From Puniceicoccales bacterium (lineage in GTDB: Bacteria; Verrucomicrobiota; Verrucomicrobiia; Opitutales; LL51), in contig JAITBP010000003.1 of NCBI GenBank assembly GCA_031283585.1, forward strand, positions 60,001 to 92,000: a DNA stretch of 32,000 nucleotides. The letters run 5' to 3'. Below are positions 1-7,465 of this stretch, in pieces. A program made the position numbers and the translations under genes. The notes beneath the pieces are model-generated. The model was not told the DNA's origin. It made no database searches and saw nothing but the letters and a program-made list of their open reading frames with translations. Each line of letters opens with the position of its first letter. The first letter of the stretch is position 1.

Positions 1-11
1 TCATTGTAGCC

Positions 12-656
12 ATGGAGCCTTTCGCGAGTTATTCGTATTTCGATGATTTTGATGACGAAATTGATGCCGTTGAATGGTCAGAGATGGAGTGGCGGAAGTA
101 TTTGGCGAAGATCGATGTCGACGTGTCTTTGTTTTTAAAATTATTTGTTGAAACTAGGAATATTATAAACCACATGGAGATAATAGCTTCTCACATGGGA
201 TGGATTAAGCAATCCGGTAGTTTTTTAGGTTCATTGTCACAGATCGGCGAAAAGGATCCATATACAATTCATAGGCAACCAGTTGCGATCGTTACCCGGG
301 CGTTGTATTGTTTTTTGGCTAAAAATTGGGAACTGTTCATGAATGAGCATAAATCTCCGGATCCGCAATTGTGCTGGGTTTATGCCAGAATATTGAATAC
401 CGGTGAACGGGATGCCATATTTGCATTGGCCTGCATGGATGCCGGTGATGATAATTTAGCCCTATGTCATTTCAAGTCAGCCTTGAAATCAATAAATTAT
501 ACGATGGACATCATTCAAAAGCTTAAGGCTATCAGGATGAAGTGTAGTATTTTGTTGGATGATGCATTGATTGCCTGCTTCGATCTCCGGGAAGTGTGGC
601 TGAAAGTCATGGATTCATGTAGAGATGGATTTGATGACGATGATGAAGAAGAATGA
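12..656 (+). CDS. Hypothetical acidic protein of 214 aa. There is no stop codon between the window edge and the ATG at 12, so it may extend upstream of the window.
   Basis: Long ORF with no family motif I recognise. The N-terminus (DDFDDEID) and C-terminus (DDDDEEE) are acidic. Its stop codon at 654-656 lies 3 nt before the ATG of the sigma-54 activator, which suggests translational coupling. Confidence 0.5.
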   Translation: MEPFASYSYFDDFDDEIDAVEWSEMEWRKYLAKIDVDVSLFLKLFVETRNIINHMEIIASHMGWIKQSGSFLGSLSQIGEKDPYTIHRQPVAIVTRALYCFLAKNWELFMNEHKSPDPQLCWVYARILNTGERDAIFALACMDAGDDNLALCHFKSALKSINYTMDIIQKLKAIRMKCSILLDDALIACFDLREVWLKVMDSCRDGFDDDDEEE

Positions 657-659
657 TCT

Positions 660-1811
660 ATGCCAGCGTTTCCATTGTTAGTAGTAGATGATGAAAAATA
701 TACCCGTGATGCCCTGGCAAAATTGCTTGAAGGAAAGTATGATGTTTTCATGGCCAGTGGCATTGATGAGGCCATAGCCTGTCTGAAAAATCACAAATTT
801 TGTGCTGTTTTAACCGACCTGAGGATCGGAACAGCCTCGGGTATGAGTGTGGTTGAGCACTGTGTGTTGCGTGGCATTCCATCCATAGTCATGACGGCCT
901 ACGGCGATGTGGAAACCGCTGTTTCTGCTATGAAAAACGGTGCTTTCGATTTCATTACCAAGCCAATAGATTTGCCTAAATTGGATATTTTACTGAAGCA
1001 GGCTATTAAATATCAGACAAATAAAACAGTGGTCGCAAAGCGTGGCCATGAAGCACAGAATATAATCTGCGACGAGAGCTCACCGTTCATGGATATCATT
1101 CTGAAAGCCAAGAAGATAGCAAGCAGTAGAGTGAATGTGCTTATCACCGGGGAGACCGGTACCGGCAAAGAGATAATTGCAGGGATCATACATTTTTCAG
1201 GTAATAGAAAGGACAGCCCTTTTGTTCCGGTTCATTGTGTCTCATTGTCGAGTTCATTGCTGGAAAGCGAGTTGTTTGGCCATGAAAAAGGTGCTTTTAC
1301 CGGAGCCACAGCCAGACATATCGGCAGATTTGAAAAGGCGAACGGCGGTACGTTGTTTCTGGATGAGATCGGAGAAATTGACCTGCAGACCCAGATTAAA
1401 CTGCTGCGCTTTTTAGAAACAAGATCGTTTGAACGGGTTGGAGGAAGTGATCAAGTGTCTGTCGATGTAAGGGTTATCTGTGCAACAAACCGAAATCTGC
1501 AGGCCATGGTTTCCGATGGAAAATTTAGAGAAGATCTATACTATAGGCTGAATGTGGTGGAGCTTAAACTGCCGCCATTGCGCGAGCGAAGGATGGACAT
1601 ACCAAGACTGGTTGAGCATTATGTCGGTCTATTCGCCAGAGAAAACGATATGAAGGTTTCGATTTCCCAGGAGGCGATGGAGCTATTTGTTGGGTATCAG
1701 TGGCCAGGCAATGTGCGAGAATTGAAAAATGTCTGCGAAAGCACGGTGGCTCTACTGCCAGAGAATCGTAACACCATAGCAATATGTGATTTAGATTCAA
1801 GGTGTTATTGA
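660..1811 (+). CDS. Sigma-54-dependent response regulator (NtrC-family receiver plus AAA+ domain) with no C-terminal HTH domain.
   Basis: The receiver domain has VVDDE, LTDLRIG, VMTAYG and ITKP. The AAA+ domain has Walker A GETGTGKE, the sigma-54 contact loop GAFTGA, Walker B LFLDEIGE and [10 protein letters not shown]. The protein ends about 27 aa after WPGNVREL. Confidence 0.9.
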   Translation: MPAFPLLVVDDEKYTRDALAKLLEGKYDVFMASGIDEAIACLKNHKFCAVLTDLRIGTASGMSVVEHCVLRGIPSIVMTAYGDVETAVSAMKNGAFDFITKPIDLPKLDILLKQAIKYQTNKTVVAKRGHEAQNIICDESSPFMDIILKAKKIASSRVNVLITGETGTGKEIIAGIIHFSGNRKDSPFVPVHCVSLSSSLLESELFGHEKGAFTGATARHIGRFEKANGGTLFLDEIGEIDLQTQIKLLRFLETRSFERVGGSDQVSVDVRVICATNRNLQAMVSDGKFREDLYYRLNVVELKLPPLRERRMDIPRLVEHYVGLFARENDMKVSISQEAMELFVGYQWPGNVRELKNVCESTVALLPENRNTIAICDLDSRCY

Positions 1812-1836
1812 TTTTTTACTGGATCAATTTTTCTTA

Positions 1837-1865
1837 TTGACAAAATATTTTTTCAAAAATATGCA
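1837..1865 (+). promoter_or_regulatory. Possible sigma-70-type promoter upstream of the phosphatase/rpiB pair.
   Basis: A perfect TTGACA at 1837-1842 is followed by a 17-nt spacer and a weak -10 TATGCA at 1860-1865, 35 nt upstream of the ATG at 1901. The -10 element matches only 3 of 6 positions. Confidence 0.3.
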
Positions 1866-1900
1866 TTATTCTGTTGTGAGTTTATGCTGTCAGTTTTTGG

Positions 1901-2374
1901 ATGAGGACAAAGGGTACTAAGATAATTATTGTATGTAGTGGTAATACCTGTCGTAGTCCAATGGCTGAGGCATTGCTAGCAAAAGCTCTAAAGCAGGAAT
2001 CCTGTGCATTAGAAGTTGTTGGCGCTGGGTTGTTTAGTTCTGGTCAAGGTGCCGATGAAAAGGCTATTTTAGCCATGGAAAAAATAGGAATTGACCTGCA
2101 TGGATATAAAAGTAAAAAGCTCACACAAGATGCTGTTAATGAAGCAGCTATGGTTCTTTGTATGACAAAAGAGCAGTTGGATAGCTTTAGGAAGTTATTC
2201 GATAATGTGCCAGGACATTGTTATCTGTTGAGAGAATTTCTTGGCAGTGAGGACAGGGATATTAAGGATCCATTTGGTTGTGATTTAGAGACTTATATCA
2301 ATGTAAGAAATTCAATCTCTGAAGCTATTCCATCGATAGTGAATTTTTTGAAAGAGGAATTAAATGATAATTAG
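1901..2374 (+). CDS. Low-molecular-weight protein phosphatase, YwlE-like (possibly a protein arginine phosphatase).
   Basis: The P-loop is VCSGNTCRSPMAE (CX5R-S) near the N-terminus, and a DPFG acid-loop motif lies near the C-terminus. The length is 157 aa. Confidence 0.85.
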   Translation: MRTKGTKIIIVCSGNTCRSPMAEALLAKALKQESCALEVVGAGLFSSGQGADEKAILAMEKIGIDLHGYKSKKLTQDAVNEAAMVLCMTKEQLDSFRKLFDNVPGHCYLLREFLGSEDRDIKDPFGCDLETYINVRNSISEAIPSIVNFLKEELNDN

Positions 2375-2822
2375 TTTAGGATTAGATCAGCACGCAGTTC
2401 ATCTAAAAGGTGTTATCGTAAAGTATATTGAAGGTTATGGTTTTGAAGTATTAGACAGATGTGTTGGCGACGATACGCAAGTTGATTACACTGATATCGC
2501 CAGGAAAGTTGCCAAAGATATCAGGACAATGCAGGCAAACTTTGGAGTGCTTATGTGCTATACCGGAAACGGTATGGCAATTGCAGCCAATAAGTTCCAG
2601 GGTATACGTGCGGCTCTTGTGCATACCAGCGAAAACACGATGCTGGCAAGGGCACATATCGATGCAAATGTGATGTGTGTTGGTTCGGCCTATATAACTT
2701 CGGAAAAGTTGCGCGAATTGATTGATATATTTTTTAGAACAGAGTTTTCAAGTAGTGAACATGAGCGTGAATTGAGCAAGATCGTCCAGATTGAGTTCGG
2801 GCAGTTTATGACAAAATTATAG
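2364..2822 (+). CDS. rpiB: Ribose-5-phosphate isomerase B (RpiB/LacAB family).
   Basis: It carries the MCYTGNGMAIAANKFQGIRAAL motif and is 152 aa long. It overlaps the upstream phosphatase gene by 11 nt. Confidence 0.85.
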   Translation: MIISLGLDQHAVHLKGVIVKYIEGYGFEVLDRCVGDDTQVDYTDIARKVAKDIRTMQANFGVLMCYTGNGMAIAANKFQGIRAALVHTSENTMLARAHIDANVMCVGSAYITSEKLRELIDIFFRTEFSSSEHERELSKIVQIEFGQFMTKL

Positions 2823-2865
2823 CTCGAATTTATCTAGGCTGAGTTCTATAAGTGGTTATGCTTTA

Positions 2866-3561
2866 ATGATTATCGGTGGTCTGCAGCGGTTTTCAACAAT
2901 AGATTTTCCCGGTAAATTGGCAGCGGTTGTGTTCACCAAGGGATGCAATTTAAGGTGTCCGTTTTGCCATAACCCGGAGCTTGTCAGTGGAAAATCCCCT
3001 GCCGGTGATCTGGAGATAGGTGAAGTTTTTAACTTCCTACGAAGACGGGTTGGTCAGCTGGATGGCGTAGTTGTATCTGGTGGAGAGCCGACTTTGCATG
3101 ACGATTTGGCCGACTTTGTTTTTGAGATAAAGACCATTGGTTTCGATGTAAAACTTGATACGAATGGAACCAGGCCCGATGTTATTAACTCTTTACTAGA
3201 TAAAGAGTTACTGACGTATATTGCCATGGATATGAAGCATGTATATACCAAGTATGCCACCGCCTGTGGAACCCTGGATTGCGATGTCGATGATATAAAA
3301 AAAAGTGCATCTCTTCTGATTTGCAGTGGCATTGACCATGAGTTCAGGACCACCATGGTACCTGGAATTCATACCCTCTCAGATGTTCCGGAGATTGCGG
3401 CTCAACTAATTGGCGCTAAGCGATTTGCAGTACAGGAATTTATTCCAAAAAAAACTTTATCTCTGGGTGATTCATGTGAAAACACGTTTTCCCGAGAGGA
3501 TTTGGAACCACTGCGCCCGATGGTCGAAGAATATGTCGATGAATTTGTAATAAGATATTGA
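2866..3561 (+). CDS. nrdG: Radical-SAM glycyl-radical enzyme activase, NrdG-like (anaerobic ribonucleotide reductase activating protein family).
   Basis: The N-terminus is STIDFPGKLAAVVFTKGCNLRCPFCHNPE (a CX3CX2C cluster), followed by GVVVSGGEPTL. The length is 231 aa. Confidence 0.75.
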   Translation: MIIGGLQRFSTIDFPGKLAAVVFTKGCNLRCPFCHNPELVSGKSPAGDLEIGEVFNFLRRRVGQLDGVVVSGGEPTLHDDLADFVFEIKTIGFDVKLDTNGTRPDVINSLLDKELLTYIAMDMKHVYTKYATACGTLDCDVDDIKKSASLLICSGIDHEFRTTMVPGIHTLSDVPEIAAQLIGAKRFAVQEFIPKKTLSLGDSCENTFSREDLEPLRPMVEEYVDEFVIRY

Positions 3562-3611
3562 GTTACTGAACTACTTCTTGAATATTTAGTTGTGGGTCAT
3601 TAGCCTAGGTT

Positions 3612-5627
3612 ATGGAACATTATTCTTATTCGCCTTATATTTCGGAAAGGGAACTGGATGTATTGCAGATGGCGGCGAACCAGTCCCGGGGAGTGGTGTT
3701 GGATGCGGTTGCCGCAGCCAGCTCGGGCCACCTCGGAATGCCATTGGGAGCCGCTGAGATAGGGGCAGCTTTGTTTGGTAAGTTGCTCAGATTTAACCCA
3801 CTTGAGCCAAGATGGATCAATCGCGACAGGTTCATTTTGTCCGCCGGCCATGGGAGCCTATTTCTGTATTTCTGGCTGCATTTATCTGGTTTTGGAATCA
3901 GCATGGGCGACATCAAAAAATTCAGAAAGGTCGGCAGTTTGACTCCAGGTCATCCGGAGTTTGGCCTTACTCCCGGAGTTGAATGCACAACCGGACCATT
4001 GGGCCAGGGTATTGCCAACGCGGTTGGGTTTGCCATGTCATCGAAAATGTTGGCTAGCAGATTCAGTGACAAGCTCTTCGATAGCAAAGTTGTGTGTTTA
4101 TGTGGAGATGGCTGTCTCCAGGAAGGTGTTTCCCATGAGGCCTGTTCACTGGCTGGTCACCTGGGCCTGAATAACCTGATACTGATCTATGATAGCAACG
4201 GTACTACGATAGATGGTTCGCTGGGTGTTTCCCAGTCAGACGATGTGGTGCTGCGATTCGAGGCCCTTGGATTCGATGTCCAGAAAATCGATGGCAATGA
4301 TATCAATCAAATTATCCTGGCCTATGAAAGAGCAAAAGACAATGCATCGGATCGTCCCCGATTGATAATTGCCAAAACAATTATCGGCAAAGGGGTTAAG
4401 GAAATAGAAAATCTGAACATAGCCCATGGAGAGTTTGGGGCCAGGTATGTTAAAGATGCGAAAAAAGACCTTGGGCTTGGGTCTGACGAGTTCTGGTTGT
4501 CCGAAGAAGTTCGTGGTTTTTTCAAAAATCGTACGGTTAGCTTGGCGGCGAGTTATGATTCGTGGCTCGAAGAATACAACCATTGGCGAGCAAAAAATCC
4601 GGCCCTGGCGGAGGAATTGGAGGCAATGATTTCTGGACAAGGAATTTCTCCGACGGAATTGTTTTCCGCTGTACCAGAATTTTCCACAGACAGAATTGCC
4701 ACCAGAGATGCTAGTTGTGTTGTAATTCAACAGCTTGCGCAGTTGGATCGGTCTTTCCTGGCCGGCAGCGCGGATCTATTTTCTTCCTGTAAAAACAAGA
4801 TCGCAGATGCCGAGGCGTTTTCGAGCACAAGTTACTCTGGTAGAAATATTTATTTCGGGATTCGGGAGCATGCCATGGGGGCTATAATGAACGGCATTGC
4901 CTATGATGGAATTTTCAGGCCAAGTGGGTCAACTTTTCTGGTTTTTTCGGATTATATGCGTCCGTCGATTCGGTTGGCTGCCATGGCCGGGCTACCGGTA
5001 CTGTATATTTTTACCCACGACTCGATCCAGGTTGGCGAGGATGGTCCGACTCACCAACCGGTGGAATCGATTACGGCGTTGAGGTGTATAAAAAATCTTG
5101 ATGTGATCAGGCCAGCGGATGCGGAAGAAACCGTTGGTGCCTGGGCTGCGGCAATCAACAGAAAGATTGGCCCAACGGCTTTAATCCTTACACGTCAATG
5201 TGTTAATGTGCTTAGCTCATTGTCCTTGCGGCAAAGAAGGGTTGATCTAATCAACGGCGGATACATAGCAAAAAAAGAAATTTCTGCTCTCAGATTGATC
5301 TTTATTGCCACTGGGAGCGAACTGAAGTTGGCTTTGGACGCGGCTGAAGAAATAGGTGATTTTGTAAGGGTTGTGTCGATGCCCTGTTGCGAGGCATTTG
5401 ATAGACAAAGTGATGAATATAAGGAACTTATACTGCCAAACTGCGAACACATGATCGCCCTGGAGGCAGGTATATCTTTGAATTGGTATAGATATATAGG
5501 CCGGAACGGAAAAATCGTTTCTGTGGATGAGTATGGTTTTAGCGCTGGAGCAGAAGAACTTACAGAGCATTTTGGACTCACAGTAACCAAGATAGTGGCC
5601 TTGGCGAATAAATTGCTAAATTTGTAA
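3612..5627 (+). CDS. tkt: Transketolase.
   Basis: Motifs present are SGHLGMPLGAAE, TPGHPE, GDGCLQEG and THDSIQVGEDGPTHQPVE. The length is 671 aa. Confidence 0.95.
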   Translation: MEHYSYSPYISERELDVLQMAANQSRGVVLDAVAAASSGHLGMPLGAAEIGAALFGKLLRFNPLEPRWINRDRFILSAGHGSLFLYFWLHLSGFGISMGDIKKFRKVGSLTPGHPEFGLTPGVECTTGPLGQGIANAVGFAMSSKMLASRFSDKLFDSKVVCLCGDGCLQEGVSHEACSLAGHLGLNNLILIYDSNGTTIDGSLGVSQSDDVVLRFEALGFDVQKIDGNDINQIILAYERAKDNASDRPRLIIAKTIIGKGVKEIENLNIAHGEFGARYVKDAKKDLGLGSDEFWLSEEVRGFFKNRTVSLAASYDSWLEEYNHWRAKNPALAEELEAMISGQGISPTELFSAVPEFSTDRIATRDASCVVIQQLAQLDRSFLAGSADLFSSCKNKIADAEAFSSTSYSGRNIYFGIREHAMGAIMNGIAYDGIFRPSGSTFLVFSDYMRPSIRLAAMAGLPVLYIFTHDSIQVGEDGPTHQPVESITALRCIKNLDVIRPADAEETVGAWAAAINRKIGPTALILTRQCVNVLSSLSLRQRRVDLINGGYIAKKEISALRLIFIATGSELKLALDAAEEIGDFVRVVSMPCCEAFDRQSDEYKELILPNCEHMIALEAGISLNWYRYIGRNGKIVSVDEYGFSAGAEELTEHFGLTVTKIVALANKLLNL

Positions 5628-5673
5628 GTGACTTTTACTTGCGGACATATAGAACATTGATAGGATGTGAAAC

Positions 5674-6870
5674 ATGGACATTCTTAGTGTAAGAGATGTG
5701 AATTTATCCGGTAAACGTGTGTTGGTTAGAGTTGATTTCAATGTGCCGCTGGGAAAAATTGGCGAAGTTTCTGATGATACGAGGATTGTGGCCGCTCTGC
5801 CGACCATAAAATACCTGGTCGATCAGGGTTCAAAGGTGATACTTATCAGCCATTTGGGGCGGCCAAATGGGGAAAAAAACAGCAAATTTTCCCTGGCGCC
5901 GGTGGCCGAAGTTTTGTCTAAAAAGCTGGACCGGCCGGTGTTATTTTTGGCCGATTGCATCGGTGAAGATATCAATAGGGCCGTCATGGGATTGCAGAAT
6001 GGTGACGTTGCACTCCTGGAAAACCTGAGATTTTACGCCGAAGAAACCGGAAATGATGAAAATTTTTCCAAAAAATTGGCCGAATTGGCCGAAGCTTTTG
6101 TCAATGACGCTTTTGGCACGGCCCATCGAGCCCATGCATCGACGGTTGGTGTCACAAAATTTCTGTCGCCCTGCGTGGCTGGATTTTTGGTGGAAAAAGA
6201 GCTTAAGTTCCTGGGCGAGAAGACTTCTAATCCCGACCGGCCATTTACGGTTATTCTAGGTGGAGCCAAGGTCAGCGACAAAATTTCCGTGATAGATGCT
6301 TTGTTGGACAAGGCCGATGCCATGATTATTGGCGGCGCCATGGCCTACACTTTCATGTTGGCCAAAGGTCATTCGGTGGGAACTAGTTTGGTCGAAGTGG
6401 ACAGGGTTGAGGTGGCTGTGGCTGCGATCAAAAAGGCTCAGGCTAAAGGAGTTAGGTTGTTGTTACCGTTGGATTCTGTGGTTACAGACAGGATTGATTT
6501 CGATGGGCGTTCCGTCGGCGAATTGAAAATTGTTGGTGAAGATATTCCTGATGGGTTGATGGGCGTTGATATTGGGCCGAAGACGATCGATTTGTATAAA
6601 AAAATTGTGGCTGAATCCAAAACCGTCCTCATGAATGGCCCACTGGGAATTTTTGAAATAGAGGCCTGTGCCAAAGGTACGTTCGAGATAGCTAAGACGA
6701 TTGCCAGCAGCAAGTTGACGTCGATAATAGGAGGCGGAGATTCGGTCAAGGCTGTTAAAAAAAGCGGATTTACGGACAATGTGACGTTTATAAGTACTGG
6801 CGGTGGTGCGAGCTTGGAATTCTTGGAAGGCAAAGAGTTACCTGGCATAGTTGCCCTGAATAAAAAATAA
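5674..6870 (+). CDS. pgk: Phosphoglycerate kinase.
   Basis: Motifs present are RVDFNVP, ISHLGRP, NDAFGTAHRAHAS and STGGGASLEFLEGK. The length is 398 aa. Confidence 0.95.
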   Translation: MDILSVRDVNLSGKRVLVRVDFNVPLGKIGEVSDDTRIVAALPTIKYLVDQGSKVILISHLGRPNGEKNSKFSLAPVAEVLSKKLDRPVLFLADCIGEDINRAVMGLQNGDVALLENLRFYAEETGNDENFSKKLAELAEAFVNDAFGTAHRAHASTVGVTKFLSPCVAGFLVEKELKFLGEKTSNPDRPFTVILGGAKVSDKISVIDALLDKADAMIIGGAMAYTFMLAKGHSVGTSLVEVDRVEVAVAAIKKAQAKGVRLLLPLDSVVTDRIDFDGRSVGELKIVGEDIPDGLMGVDIGPKTIDLYKKIVAESKTVLMNGPLGIFEIEACAKGTFEIAKTIASSKLTSIIGGGDSVKAVKKSGFTDNVTFISTGGGASLEFLEGKELPGIVALNKK

Positions 6871-6888
6871 CCATAGATCTGGGTAAAT

Positions 6889-7347
6889 TTGTCTGTGAAT
6901 TTTATCGGAATAGACTACGGAGAAAAGAGAATTGGCCTGAGCGTTGGCGATGATGAGTTATGTATCGCTGTGCCACTCAAGCCGATAGTTCACGTCAACC
7001 GGTGCGATGTATTTTCGGTTTTGCTAAATCTTGTCATCGAGCGTAAAATTGATTTGGTGTTGGTAGGCTATCCGATCAATATGGACAATTCGGTGGGCTT
7101 CAAGGCGAAGGAGGTCGATGCCTTTATAGCAAAACTAGAAAAAATCATTGATGTGCCGGTAGAGCGTATCGATGAAAGACTTACCACCGTTCAGGCCGAT
7201 GGAGTATTGGGCCCGGTGGCCAATAGAAAATCGATGAAATCCAGGATCAAAAGTCGGCGTTCCGGTGCCATCGATTCGATGGCGGCCGCAATAATTTTGC
7301 AAGATTATCTGGATTCCCTGGGCCGTAAAGCTTATGATGTTGACTGA
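6889..7347 (+). CDS. ruvX: Putative pre-16S rRNA nuclease / Holliday junction resolvase-like protein RuvX (YqgF).
   Basis: The N-terminus is IGIDYGEKRIGLSV and the C-terminus has AAAIILQDYLD. The start codon is TTG. The length is 152 aa. Confidence 0.85.
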   Translation: MSVNFIGIDYGEKRIGLSVGDDELCIAVPLKPIVHVNRCDVFSVLLNLVIERKIDLVLVGYPINMDNSVGFKAKEVDAFIAKLEKIIDVPVERIDERLTTVQADGVLGPVANRKSMKSRIKSRRSGAIDSMAAAIILQDYLDSLGRKAYDVD

Positions 7348-7375
7348 ACTTAGGTCTTTATAAAAGTGGATCAAT

Positions 7376-7450
7376 GCCCTCGTAGTTAAATGGATAGAAC
7401 ACTGGCCTCCGGAGCCGAAGATCCGGGTTCGAGTCCCGGCGAGGGCGCCA
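7376..7450 (+). tRNA. tRNA-Arg (anticodon CCG), with an encoded CCA end.
   Basis: The acceptor stem GCCCTCG/CGAGGGC pairs perfectly. The anticodon arm is CTGGC-CTCCGGA-GCCGA, the T arm is CGGGTTCGAGTCCCG, the discriminator is G, and CCA follows. The sequence is close in pattern to E. coli tRNA-Arg(CCG). Confidence 0.88.
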
Positions 7451-7465
7451 TCTAGGTATTGAAAA

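Noticed and set aside
4001-4016. A sigma-54-like GG-N10-GC element (GGGCCAGGGTATTGCC).
   Set aside because: It lies inside the tkt coding sequence, matches the TGGCAC half poorly, and has no downstream gene start. No better -24/-12 match was found in any intergenic region by eye.
4236-4730. Long antisense ORFs inside conserved genes: 4236-4730 in tkt, 7715-8251 in ligA, 17586-18038 in gap, 20971-21390 in dnaA, 21600-22052 in lpxC and 6438-6848 in pgk.
   Set aside because: Each lies entirely opposite a gene with strong family motifs. The translations are low-complexity or Ser/Pro/Leu/Ile-rich with no recognisable domains. These are expected frame-shadow ORFs in a moderate-GC genome.
6074-6091. 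A tandem 9-mer, AATTGGCCG x2.
   Set aside because: It lies within pgk and simply encodes the repeated peptide LAELAE. It is too short to be a meaningful repeat element.
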